A stretch of 64,000 nt of DNA from Camelus dromedarius (Eukaryota), in NCBI RefSeq assembly GCF_036321535.1, contig NC_087450.1, forward strand, positions 45,260,001-45,324,000, written 5' to 3'. Below, piece after piece: positions 35,181 to 47,949 of this stretch (positions within the stretch are counted from its first letter, which is position 1; every line of letters begins with the position of its first letter). The notes under the pieces are model-generated. The model did no database searches. It worked only from the letters and a program-made list of their open reading frames with translations, and was not told the origin of the DNA. The position numbers were made by a program, and so were the translations under genes.

Positions 35181-35988
35181 CTCAGGAACGGGTGACTCCC
35201 TTGAGCAAGAGCAGGGGTGAGCTTCACTGCTTGTGGTGGAAGTCAGAACAGCAAAGGTGCTCTCACTCAGAGGGCTCCTGTGGGCCTGGGACCTTTGTCC
35301 AGGGTGGTGACACACAATCTGAATCAGCCTGAATGAGGTACCATACATGGGTTGGGGTGGGAGGAAGGATCTTGCCAGAACTACAGTCAGTGAGAGTTTC
35401 TGACTCTGAGGCTTAGCCAGTAATCTTGGCCCTCTTCTTCTGAACCCTATGATTCAGAACAAGGGCACCAGAGATGACAGAGAGAGGCTCTGGTCCAACA
35501 CTTCCGGTCCATATTTGTTCTTGCTCAGACCTTCCTTCTGTCCCCCTAGGAAATGAAGCCCAGGAGGCTAGAGCCGGCAGGTGTGCCAGGGCCTGGAAGG
35601 ACCCCATGAGCGTGCCCCTGAGGAAGTGTGGGACTCTGGTCCATGAACACGTCACTGGAGCCACTCCAAGGACATGAAATTTGTTAGGAAATCTAGAGAA
35701 GCTGAGCTGGGCAGAAAGGACCTGAATGCCAAGGGACCTATTTTGGGCACCAGGGGAATTGGGTCTCCAGCGAAATTTTAGAGCAGTGACAAAGTCATAA
35801 TCACAAGGCTCTGGGAAGCCTCTGCTCCAGCTCCACAGTTGTCCTGGACTCCTGCTCTCCAAGGCAGCCTGGTCTCAGACGTGAGCACCAGTCCTCTCTC
35901 TTTTTCTCCTACAGGATTTCTTCTCTACCCCAGCACAATTTGTTTTGGGGGACACCCAACATATGCACTGGGACTGGACAAAAGTTCT

Positions 35989-35994
35989 TTTATT
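35989..35994 (-). terminator. DNAJC5G: Likely DNAJC5G polyA signal
   Basis: + strand TTTATT, downstream of the 3' UTR exon acceptor at ~36921. Confidence 0.55.
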
Positions 35995-37178
35995 TACTGG
36001 CATCCCTTAGCCTTTCTCCAAGTCAGGAGAGGTAAGTTGAGGAGGTACTAGGCTCTGACCCTGCGTAGACGGGAAACGGGGTGATGAGGACACCAAACAG
36101 ACAGTGTGAAGAAGCACACGTGGAGAAAGGGTCTATGAAAGCCCGGTCTTTACCCTATCACATGTTGCATGCCCCTGTTTTACGAACAAAACATACAGTG
36201 ATCAGCCTGCGTAAAAAGGATGGAGGTGGGCAGGCTCTGATGTGTGGACTTCGGTCAACCCGCAGGCCCCATGCTAATGGGTGCTGTGCTGGTAGCTGCA
36301 GTCTGGGAAGAATCCAAAGGTGGGATAAGTACCCCAAAGACTCAGATGCATTGATACTTTTCCTGAGTTGTCTCATGGTGGCATGGAATGACGCTGGCAA
36401 TGTGCACGGGCACCAGAAGAAGCTGAGACCAGCCCCAGAAAGGTGTGCGTGCTTAGGAATGGGGCTGACACTAAGAGTTCTTGGTTCACAGAGTGGCAAC
36501 AGAGGAGGGTTAGCTGGTACAGCAGATCTGGGATAGGATCTACCATGCTTGGTTATCAGGATCTTGATGGAGATACTGTAAGGGGCCGGCCCTACCAGGT
36601 GACAGTGGCTCAAATCCCAAAGAAGGCACAGGAAAAATAATGCTCAGGAAATGACTGTCACTACTGCCTGAAACCTCACAAGGGTAGGGATAGGAGGGCT
36701 GTTCTCTAACAGATTAAAGTTGGGACTGGTGCTAAAAAGAAGAGTAGCTGGGTGACCCTGTGTGGCCAGGGTCAATGATACCATCAAGAACAAAGATGTC
36801 ATCCTCACTGGGATGGATGCCATCAATGTTTTTGAATATGGGATTCTTACAAGAAGAGGAGAAAATCAGGGTCAATGTCAGGTCAGGGCTACGTGCTCCT
36901 CTCTTCAGCGGGTCCAGTGGACTGGGCAGCAGAAGACACCCTCACTAGGTCAGCACCTAAGAGTAAAAGAAGTTGGCATCTTATTAAACCAGAAGAAATG
37001 ATCACCCAGAATTCAAAGCAAACCCCCTATAGGTAAAAATATAAACACCTGAAACCCATACTAAAAGGATATAAACTTTTCCACTAATGCCTCATCTGAA
37101 AATTAGTGTCTATTCTTATCTTACCGTTTAGTTATTGCAGTATTTCAGTTTTCTTACCTCACTCTTCTTCATCTTTTT

Positions 37179-37222
37179 TTAATCTTCACTAGAAGTATCT
37201 TCCCCTCTTCTAAATCTGTGTC
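37179..37222 (-). CDS. DNAJC5G: DNAJC5G last coding exon
   Basis: catag|GA CAC AGA ... GAT TAA; HRFRRGEDTSSED*; donor gag|gtaaga 21 nt after the stop (3' UTR intron). Confidence 0.85.
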
Positions 37223-37692
37223 CTATGATGGAATTGAAAAACATATATAAACAATTTAAGTAAGAATGTTTTAGCCTGCGGGTGAGAAAACAGTTACTTG
37301 AAGTTATGCATTCATGTCAGTAGGTGGCATTGGTGTGAACTTCAGTCAATCGACACTTTAGGGGATAATCTCAGACATTATCTTTCTCTTGAGTAAATGC
37401 AATGAATTTGTCTTCAACTACTGCCTTTTCGAGGCATAGTCTCCCACCCCATTCCTTACCTTAACACCCACTCCATTCAACCAGCTTAACAGTCAGGAGA
37501 AGCCAACGTTACACTCAAGCTGTCAGTTTGTGGCATAAGTCCCTCAGAAACCAAGGGTATCCCCTTCTCCTTCCTCACTTTGCCCCAATACTGACTTGAG
37601 ACTCCCATATTTGGGAGTTCACAGTTTCACCCCCAACCATTTCTTCCATCCCTAATCCAGCTCTTACCCCTGTCCCTTTTTATGGTTCTCAC

Positions 37693-37837
37693 CTGACCTT
37701 GGAGGTTGATACTGGACGTTCGGCTCATATTTTTTCTTAGCTGCTTCCTCGGGTGGTGGCTTAAGTGCTCCACAGCAAAAGCAGCAGCAGCAGCAGCAGC
37801 AGCAACAGGTGAGCAGAGCACACAGGATGACAAGCGT
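37693..37837 (-). CDS. DNAJC5G: DNAJC5G cysteine-string exon
   Basis: tttag|ACG CTT GTC ... TCA G|gtgaga; TLVILCALLTCCCCCCCCCFCCGALKPPPEE. Confidence 0.95.
37781..37804 (+). repeat. (GCA)8 / (TGC)8 coding trinucleotide repeat
   Basis: Eight uninterrupted GCA units. Confidence 0.95.
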
Positions 37838-38030
37838 CTAAAAGGTAGGAAAGAACAGCTTCCGGCCAGCAGTTCCGTATTTCCATTCAAACTCCCATCC
37901 CGCAATCTTCCAGCCCCCGGTATATGAGACCACAGAAGCATTTGTCCTAGGAAAGGAGGATTAGCTGTCCCAGGAGAGTAGGCTCACCCCCTCCTTCCTT
38001 ATTCTTAAGAGACTAGGAGGAATTGTGTAC

Positions 38031-38244
38031 CTTGAACCAACAACTATTCATCGTAAAATAGTATGTGACGCCTTCTTCGCCAAAGTGGTCATATATATAT
38101 ATTCCCAATGAGCCATGCCGATCGTAAATTTTCCGCTTCTTAGGGTCACTCAGTACGGAGTGGGCTGTGTTGATCTCTTTGAATATTTCTGCTGCTTGAG
38201 GGTCCCCTGGATTCTTGTCTGGATGATACTTCAAAGCCAGTCTC
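38031..38244 (-). CDS. DNAJC5G: DNAJC5G J-domain exon with HPD motif
   Basis: gggtag|G AGA CTG ... TTC AAG|gtacac; [28 protein letters not shown]. Confidence 0.93.
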
Positions 38245-38550
38245 CTACCCAAGCAATACCCAAAAGGAGAGTGAGGAGAGCATGGGGGGAATGGCTGGGG
38301 AGGGACGGTTAGGATGAATGACAGGGATAGGTCTCTAGATAGTGAAAAAAGAATGCATGAGATATGGTACCAAGGATGGAGGCAAGCAGCCCAAGCCTCA
38401 ATTCCTTCCCATGTCACACTGAAGAGGATGCTGACCCCATCTGGCCCCAAAGTGAAGGCCTGGGGATTTAAAAATGGGTCAGAAAGCAAGAGAAAGGAAA
38501 AGGGCTTAAGGGGGAGAATTCCAGGGTTTAATAAAGGGCTGTGTCTGAAC

Positions 38551-38663
38551 CTGTAGGCCTTTTTGACGTCTTCAGGTGAGGCGCCCTTCTTAAGCTCCAG
38601 CACTGCGTAGAGAGTTGACCCAGATTTGGACAATCGGCGGGCTGCTTCGTCCACATGAGTCAT
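38551..38663 (-). CDS. DNAJC5G: DNAJC5G first coding exon
   Basis: cccag|ATC ATG ACT ... TAC AG|gttcag; [37 protein letters not shown]; total CDS 516 nt = 171 aa. Confidence 0.93.
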
Positions 38664-39482
38664 GATCTGGGTCAGAGCAGAAGAAGCATCTGTGAGAACT
38701 TCCACAGGTGGGGCCGCAGAGAAATGAACTTCCAGTGACTGGAAACTCACCACCTTCAGGGGCTGGGCAGATAAGTGACTACAGTGGACAAGTATAAGAC
38801 AACAGTGAGTGAGACCTGTGACTAGCAGGAGAGTGCTGGTGACCAGAAAAGACATTCAAATTCAGATTTTAAAGAGGAAACATCTTCTCCTCACATGTCC
38901 TAGTGTCCTTCAGATACACAGACCTCCAGACATCCCATATTCTACAGAAGGGAAGCAAGGGGAGGTCTAAACCCTGGGAAAAGACTGATCTTGTCCAGAG
39001 CTATTAGTACCTTGAATAAACAGCCCAGAGCTTGTTCTAGTTCCTTGCTGGGTTTGAAAGTCCAGCAGGGCCCCAGCCTCTTTATAGATTGGGTCAAGAA
39101 TTCGGGAGGTCCTCAATTTCCAAGGGAGAAACAAGTCAGACCAAATCCTGAGCCGTCTAAAGAAGTCAGATGTCCAAAAGCCAGGCCAGAAGGCAGTGCC
39201 TGCACTAGGCCAGAGACTTTCTTCCTCCTAGTCCCCCCTCAAACCATCCCACCCCAGCCCCTCGGGGAGAACAGAGGGATGAGACAAGGGATAAAGGAGG
39301 AAGTGGAAAAGGGGCGCTGTGGGGGAGACCAAAGAGGGAACTGGGAGTGGACCCCAGAGAGTTGGGGAGAGCTTGAGAGGCTGTGACCTGGGATAATCAA
39401 GCCAACAAGCTCAGAAGGGAATGCTCTAGTTCCCCAGGTCCCTCTGGCTCTGTGTGGAGCCTCCACCCAGCCTGCCGTCTAC

Positions 39483-39625
39483 CTCGAAGTCGTTCTCTTC
39501 AGCCTCAGAAGCCTCAGACAACCTCCATCAAGGTGCCAAACTTCACACGGCCCGTGGTCCAGTGGCCGCCTGCGCTTGCGCACTGTGTCGCCACTCCAGG
39601 TCGCTTTTTGGCGCTGCCGGAAGGT
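39483..39625 (-). other. DNAJC5G: Putative DNAJC5G non-coding exon 2
   Basis: minus strand cctcacctcccag|ACC... and ...GAG|gtagac; an upstream minus-strand donor AA|GTGAGT at 39822 marks a possible exon 1. Confidence 0.55.
39571..39623. promoter_or_regulatory. NRF1-like and ETS sites in a small CpG patch
   Basis: TGCGCTTGCGCA 39571-39582 (one mismatch to TGCGCATGCGCA); CCGGAAG 39617-39623. Confidence 0.6.
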
Positions 39626-42600
39626 CTGGGAGGTGAGGCTACATCGGCCCTGGGACTTATTTCACTCGGGGGACGCATGAGCGTAGAGATCTACCTGGCT
39701 CCAGCCTCTAAGGGCTGCGAAGCGTCGGTTCCAGCTCCATTCTGGGGTGTAGCCTCCCGGGGATATCCCTTCTCCGGTAGGAGGGGACTCATCCTGATTA
39801 GGGTCAGGGCTCATCCACTCACTTAAGGAAAGATAACAGCGCTTGCAGACCGTGGCTTTGTAAGAGGTATGGTTGCTGCAAACCTTTCTCAAGAGGTATA
39901 TTCTCTCCCCAGTCTTCTTTTTCAGCATTTAGGTGTCTCCACTTGGTCTGCTTTTCCTTTGCGCCTGCAAACTCCTAAGCATGCTTTAAGACCTGCATCA
40001 TATGTCAGTATTCCTAGAAATCTTTCCTTCATTCCCTCAGTTGTTCCCACCTTGCTCTGTAAAAGCATTTATCCTAATAATTACATACTGTAGTTATTAG
40101 TTTCTTTATATGTTACCTTAAAATCTCTTGAGCGTTTCCAATCGTCATTACTGTTCTTCAGAAGCTTCCTTTGAATATGATTACATTGTGAGGATGTACC
40201 ATAATGTAATTATATAATCCAGATTGGATAGTTGTTTCTAATCATTTGATAGTGTAACGACCTTATTATGAAAATTCTTATATATAAATCTTTAAATAAA
40301 TCTTTTTTTTTTTTTTTTTTTTTGCTTTAGGGTAGATTCCTGGAAATGGAATTACAGGGTCAAAGCGAATTTTTTTGAGGCTTTTAATCCATATTGCTAA
40401 CTTTCTTTCTAGAAAGTTACCAAAAGTACCAGTTGGCCTCCCTAACCAATTTACATGCCACCTACAGGGAATGAGCGCACCTACCTCTACTTGGCCTCAC
40501 TCCCTGTGATCTCCTACAGGAGGTTTGCACCACTTACAATTTACCACTTCATGATGTTGGTTTTCTTCACAAAGAAGCACTCAGTGTCTCCTATAACATG
40601 CAATTGAAAGAGCTTTATTGTTTCGTCCTCACTCTGTTACTCCTCTTGTGGCTTTTATTATCTCTTCCCTTTATTACAGTTACTTGTGCACATTTACCTC
40701 CCCTTCTAGGTTTTTGGTTGTAAATCAATACCTCACCCCAAAGATGTGAACCATCTGAGCAAACTAACTGAGGAGTCCATGTGCAACAGGTACAGCGACC
40801 ACTGTGTTGATTTATGTCCGTAGATCTGTGATCAGTATAGGGGTGGGGATGAAAATTGGTGGCATCACTCATCCAGTTCATAGGTTCTGGGTTAGATGAG
40901 TTGTGAGGTTTGTCATCTAAAGGAGCTAAAGCTGACAATTTTTTGATGGTTTGTACTAGGCCAGATTTCTCTAACTGACCTCCAGCCTTTTGTCACCATT
41001 GTGGAATGACAGAACTAGCAGAACACCCTGAGTCATTTCTTCACTAGCCCTGGGAAGAGAGCAGAAGGCATGGGAAGTGCAGCACATGTACAGTGAGCTC
41101 CTTACCTCAGTCTGCAGGCCCAGCGTGGTCCTCTCACTCCAGCTTTATTGAGTACTGCTGTCTTGCTTGCTCTGGTCTCTGCTGCACTGCTTCTCTGTCA
41201 GTTCTCTGAAGACACCATGTTCCCTATCACTCCTCTGCCTGGAAGACCCCTCCCCAGGCTACTGGCGTGGCCAACTTCTCATCTGTGTGGCTCTCAGTTT
41301 CGTGTCAGAGTGTCTTTCTAAATTGAGTTCCACTCCTCTCTCCCCATCTCCTAACACCCTCACCATGATTTGTGAATATATATATATATATGCATGTTGA
41401 TTTGTTTCAGGTCTGCCTTCACCAGTAGACAGTCAACTCCATGAGGGCAGGGACTTTGTATGTTTGTTCGCCATTGTACCCCCAGCATGGAGAACCATGC
41501 CTGGCTCACAGGAAGTGAATTAATGATTTGCTGAGTGAGCTATAGCAGAGGGAGCCCTCTGCTGGTCCAATGGAGGCCCAGTGTTTGCGCCGTAACAACG
41601 ATTCCCTGGGACAGAAGCACTTCGCTGGGGCATTAGACAGGACTACAGAGCCCCTCTTTCCTCATGCGGTCCTAGACAAGAAGAGACACAAGGGGCCAAG
41701 AAGACAGAAGGCGCTAATGGAGATAGTAATGGCAATTCTGAGCTCCTTGTGTCTTGTTTGTCTTAGTTTTCCTCCAGTTCCTAACACAGTTCCTGCAATA
41801 GTGTAGGTGCTCAATAAATGTTGGTTGGTTTAATCAACAAGCACACTTTTGTGTATGTACTGTTTCAGAAGCATTTTAACCTAAATGTCTCCTTTGATCC
41901 TCACCACAACCCTGGAAGGTGGTGTGATCACATCCCTGCTTTATAGAAGTGAGCCGAAGAGAGGGCAAATTAGGTTCTGAGAAGAGTTAGTAAACATCTT
42001 TCACATCTTGCCAGAGGCTCCAGAATGCTATTACTTCTTATCGCTGCCCTCTGACATTCTAATTAATTCTAATCATAGTTCGTGGCTCTTGAAATAGCCA
42101 TTATCTTTGAGTCTTCTGAGCCTCTGCTCTGAAACAAATGGCAGGGCAGCCAGCAGGTTGCGGGGATGGGAACAGAGCAGGCAGGTCGGCCTGGCTTCCT
42201 CTGGCAGAGGCCCTCCACTTGGCCTTCACCTAGAAACAGACCCCTTTTGACTCCATTTTCTATGCACAAGTTCTCTTCTGACACCTAGCACAGAACTGGA
42301 AAGAGTACACAAGCCAGGAGGTGGAAGCCCTAGTTCTTAGTTTCAGCTCTGGATTTTAACAGGCTGTGTGATCTTGGACAAGTCACTTAATCTCTGAGTC
42401 TCTTTTCCCTCTTCTGTAAAATCCTGTGTCATTTCACAGGGTTGAGGTCAAGATTAAATTAAATTTGGTTGTGAAAATAATGGGAAAAAATGAAAATAAC
42501 CATGCTAAAGAATGATTACAGACTAAAATATTTTCTGGAATCATTTGCCCTCCCGCCGTACCTTGAGTCAGTGATCTTAGTGTTTACTACCTCACAGAGC

Positions 42601-44859
42601 CATTGGTCTCTCCTAGAGAAAACCGAGAAGCATCCCTTATTTATCCACAAACAACTAAAGTTTTAGTCATATAACTGGAATATACACATACAGACAGCAG
42701 ACATTGGCATATTTATACCCAAAATATCATGCTCTCAAACATATGCAGTGGGAGAGAGGGATCATAATTTGTCATACCCAACTACCAGGTTCTAGAATTG
42801 TACAGTTTTTGAGTTGGAAGAGACCTCAGAGAATTCACTCTTATCCAGTGCCTTCATTTTGTAATTGGGAAAAGTGTGACCCAGAGAAAAGGATTAACCT
42901 GCCCAAGGTCAGCCAGTAGGGTCTAGACTTAAGTCTTCTGACTCCAGGTTCAGTGTCTATACCCTGACTGCTCCTTATACACACCAGCTCCCTTCCCATT
43001 TTAAAATCTAGGTGTAGAGACGGACCAAAGCTGTAGTTGATATTCACCTCCTTTCTTGGTGATGTCAGGTAATGTCCTGCTTTCCCTTGCCTCAGTTGAA
43101 GGCATACATACTACACGTGACTAAAAACACCTCCGGCCCAGTTTGTTGGCCCATCCTCCCCAGGGCAGATGTCTCGTGGTGGGAGGTGGTGGGCTTCCAG
43201 CTAGAGAGGAGGCTCTATACCCCTAGCCTCTCTGCCCTGCGACCCCAGACTCTGCAGACCTAACAGGGCACACCTGCCTTACCTGTAAAATGGAGATAAT
43301 AGTCTCTGCCTCTTAGGGTTGTTAGGAGGATGAAATGTTTAATTTGAACAGTGCTTGGTATGTGATAAGTGCTATGTCATCATAATCACCATTGTCATCA
43401 CTCTTTCTGTCCTGTCTCCTCCCAATTTAGTGAAGAGAAAAATTGCTTTCCATCCTGTCTCTGGAAAGAAGGGGTAAATCAGGATCCTCCCTCTAAGAAG
43501 ATTTGGAAATTGTCATTGGAATCCTTTTATCCCCTTTCTACATCCTTTCGTGAGCCTCTTAGAACCCCATTTTCTCATTCCTCTACCCAGTGCCCTCATG
43601 CTGCCCTCTGGCTACCCATAATACCACCCACAGTGTTCTCTGAGCAGCAGAACTCCAAAATTACCTTCTTCACGTCCTCTCCTTTCAACATTTCTAATAA
43701 AAAAGATTAACCTCCATAAAATGATCTCATCCCTAAGGGTTAGGTGGAAAGCAGTCTGATTAAAACACTGTAATTCAGGTTATAGTGAGAATGACTATTA
43801 ATACCTCACCCTTTTAATTCTTACACAAAAGGAATAACTGGCAGAATTTTAGGCAGTATGACTAAATGAAGTGAAAATAACAGGCTATGTTTTGGGAGGA
43901 GACTTTGGGCCTTAAATCACTTCTCTCCTTTCTGTTCAGCTCCACCAGTTTTACATCTTTTCAAGTCTGTGGCTCTGCATTGTTCTGATTCTCCTCCTCC
44001 ATCTCTGGTAAGTTTCCTGTGCTCCTTGCTGGCCTCTCTCCCTTTCACCTCCTGATTGTGGATATTCTTCTAAGAGTTGGTCTTAAAGCTTCTGCTGTCT
44101 CCTCTCTACTTCAGAGACGCAGCCTATAGGCATGGCTTCAGCTGGCACAACTCTGCTTTAGCTCAGTTTAGTGTCATCCATATGCCAGTCTCCCAGTACC
44201 TCAAAACCATGCTCTGAAATATGAGCTCATGACCTTGCCCGCAAACTGGTTGTATCCGTTGCTTTCTCTATGTACATTAATGTTATGACTGTTTCCAAGG
44301 TAGTGCTGCTCAAAACCCCAACATCAGTGGGCTTTGGACTCATTATTTCCCCCAAATTCAGGCCAGAAAGTCTTATTAACTTCTTTTCTCAAAATTGCTG
44401 TTTCACTTGTCCCTTCTTTTCAGCTCCCACGGCCTTGAAGCACCTCAGTTAAAAAGATTTTCATGATGCTCGCCTAACTGCCAGTCTCGTCCTGGATACT
44501 GCTGCCAGATCAGTGTTCATACAGCAATGCTCCCATCATTCCCACTTCTTTGCTCATAGCCTGCAGGATGCAAAACAACCCTTTAAATCTGGCAATGAAC
44601 TCTACAACTTCATACCTCCAAACACATTGTCTCCTATTGCCATCCAGTAAACCTTCCATAATGATCAGCCTTTTTTTCCCCTTCTAAGTTTTCCTGTTCT
44701 TTCTCACCTCTGTACCATTGCCCTTGCACCATTTTCCCTCATGAATTATCCTTTTAATCTGTTCACTTATTCAACAGATATCTATTAAGCATTGCTATAT
44801 GCCTGGTACCTTGGATATAATGACAATCGACTCTCATAGATCATAGCTTAAGTGTGGAA

Positions 44860-46140
44860 GACAGACATTCATTAATATCGTCAGGTGCTAGCATGTGCCA
44901 GGCACTGTTCTAGGTGCTGGGGATATAGCAGCATAAAAAATAGACAAAAATTTCTGCCATCATGGAGCTTTTTTGTGAGAGGACACAGATAGGAAATAAA
45001 ATAAGTAAAATATACAGTACATTAGGTGATAAAAATTGCTATGGAGAAACATAAAGCAGGAGATGGAGATGGAGATGGAAATTTTTTAAGAGAAGACTGC
45101 CGTTTTTAAAAGGATAAGCAGAGAGGGCCCACCACCAGAGAAGGTGCTATTTGAGTCGAGACCTGAAGCAGGTCCTCAGGTGAGTCGTGAAGACATCTAG
45201 CAAAGTGTATTATAGGTGAAGAAATGAGTAAATGCAAAGGCCCTGGGGTGGGAGCATACCTGGTGTGTTGCAGGACGCCTAAAGGCCAGAGTGGCTGGGG
45301 ACTGAGATGGGAGGAGTGTGAAGTGAGATCAGAAGGGGCTGGGTTACATTAGACTTTGCAGACCTGTGGAAGGACTTTGGCTGATACTGAGATGGGGAGT
45401 GATGAGATCTGGCCTAGTTGCCTAGCCTGGATTGAGGATAGACTATAGGGCAGCAAGCGTAGAAAAAGGAAGACAACCTAGGAGGCTACTGCAATAATCA
45501 AGAAGGCAGACGATAGGGGCTGGACAAGGGTGGGAGCAGGATCTGCTGACAGGCTGCATGTGGGGTAAAAACAGAGAAGTCAAGGATGACGCTGAGGTCT
45601 CTAGTCTGAGCAAATGGAAGGATGGAGTTACCGTGTTCTGACATGGGAGGACTGCTGGAAGAGGAGTTTTGGGATGGAGGTGACAATCAGGAGCTTAGTT
45701 TTAGATGAAGCTTGAGATGCCTAGTAGACATTAAAGAGGAGAGGTCAAACTGATACTTGGGTATACAAATTCAGAGTTCAAGTGAGAGATCTGGGAATCA
45801 CTGTCATCTAAGATGCCATTAATTTTTTTAGTTTCCTTTTAATAGAAAATTTCAAGCACATACAAAAACTGAATAGTCCAATGATCCCCTGTGTACTCAT
45901 CACCCAGCTTCAACAATCATTGCTTTCTGCCGTTTCCAGATAGTACTTAAAGCCTTGAGACTGGATGATATCTCCATGGGAGTGAGTGTAGAAAGGTGAG
46001 AGAAGAGGGTGCCTGAGTCCTGGACTATTCCAGCATTAAAACATGGGGCAGATGAGGAGGAACCAGAAAAGGAAACTGAAAATAAGCAGTCAGTGAAATA
46101 GGAGGAAAACTAGATTATGGTATCCTGGAAGCCAAGTGAA
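44860..46140. mobile_element. Long L2 relic (fragmented)
   Basis: catgtgccaggcactgttctaggtgctggggatatagcag..tgctatggagaaa..gatggagttaccgt..gagcttagttttagatg, L2 3'-region hallmarks. Confidence 0.7.
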
Positions 46141-46199
46141 GAAACAAAGAATCCCCAAGCAGCAATTTTTAAAATTTGCATTCTTTTTTTTTTGCATTC

Positions 46200-46582
46200 T
46201 TTTTTAATTGAAGTCTAGTCAGTCTACAATGTTGTGTCAATTTCTGGTGTACAGCATAATGTTTCAGTTATATATATACATACATATATTCCTTTTCATA
46301 TTCTTTTTCATTATAGGTTACCACAAGATAGTGAATATAGTTCCCTGTGCTATACAGTATAAACTTGTTTATCTGTTTTATATATAGTAGTTAGTATCTG
46401 CAAATCTCAAACTCCCAATTTATCCCTTCCCATCCCCTTTACCCCCTGGTAACCATAAATTTGTTCTCTATGTCTGTGAGTCTGTTTCTGTTTTGTAGAT
46501 AAGTTCATTTGTGTCCTTTTTTTAAGATTCCACATATAAGCAATATCATATGGCATTTTTCTTTCTTTTTCTGGCTTACTTC
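46200..46582 (-). mobile_element. Young L1 3' end, truncated by gap
   Basis: tttaattgaagtctagtc..tacagcataatgtttcagtt..ggtaaccataaatttgttctctatgtctgtgagtctgtttctg; closely related to the copy at 63530-64000. Confidence 0.85.
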
Positions 46583-46745
46583 NNNNNNNNNNNNNNNNNN
46601 NNNNNNNNNNNNNNNNNNNNNNNNNNNNNNNNNNNNNNNNNNNNNNNNNNNNNNNNNNNNNNNNNNNNNNNNNNNNNNNNNNNNNNNNNNNNNNNNNNNN
46701 NNNNNNNNNNNNNNNNNNNNNNNNNNNNNNNNNNNNNNNNNNNNN
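46583..46745. other. Assembly gap, 163 N
   Basis: Run of N. Confidence 0.99.
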
Positions 46746-47949
46746 AATAGCAATTCAATTACAGTATGTTAAGTGCTGAGGAAGATAAAGAAGTGTGCAA
46801 TGAGAATGTATATCATGCACTAGCCTGGTTTAGGAGGTCAGGGAAGGCTTCCCGGGGGAGGTGACATTTAAACTGCAGCCCTCCCTCATCCTTTCTAGCT
46901 TTGACTAAAATACTACTTCCTCCATCCTGCTTCCACTCTGACAATCAGCTCCTCCTTTCTGGGATGGCTTTATCGAGGATTATCAAGGACTGTGTATCAG
47001 GAACCACAGGGTACTGGTAACACAGTGGTGAGAAAGACAACATATGTCTTCAGGGAGCTTGTACTCTAGTGAGGAGACTGACAAGCAAACAATTTTGTTA
47101 CAGAGTGGTGAGTGCTACCATCACCTAAGCACAGCAGGTCTTGAGAGCACCGAGGAAGGGCACGTAACTCAGCCTGGGGGAAGTCAGGAAAGGTTTTCTG
47201 TGGTTAACACCTCTGAATGTACCCTTCAGCCTTGCTTGGACCTTTTAAGTGTTAACCCTTGCCCACGTGCTTGGATCCCAAATCTTGCCTGAGATCTCCA
47301 GCCCAGCCTAAATCACCACTGGGCTTTGCTTTCCTTCTCTCCAAATATGTATTTGTTGAGCCTGGGTCTCTCTGAAGCCCCTTTCCGACCTGCTCTGTCA
47401 CCCTCTGCTCTGGAAGCTGGCACTGACCTGTCCTCCCAGGAACATCCAGGGCTTCCTGCCTCCATAACACCTTTGGGACTAATAGGGGCCCAAGGACTCA
47501 CCTTAGGGAAAATTGGTATCTGAGGAAGGAGCATGTGGGTAAACCATTAACCCAAAATTGCAGAATAGAAATTTCTTGCAATGACGTTAAAGCCAGGAGG
47601 GGAGAGAACACATCTATCTTATGCACCAGGAATCCCCAGCTAGGATAGCAAGGTGCGTGGCAGGAAGTAAGAGCTCAGTAAATGTTGAATGAATTGTTCT
47701 TAGAAGACTAGAGTTCCATATAGAGCACCAGCCCTAAGCTGTCCTTTCAACATCTGCACAATTTTCCTGGCTCGTATCAGGTGCAGAATGCCTTCCTCAG
47801 ACCTGGCATTTAAGAGGACCCTTTGCAAAGATTTTCTTAGGGCCACTTGATGGTTCTTTGAGAAACAGGTGCAGTCTGTCTCACTGCCAGGCTTTTCTTG
47901 CATTAATTTCCAGGCAAAAGGAACTGTTGGTATTCTCGCCAGTGCTCTC

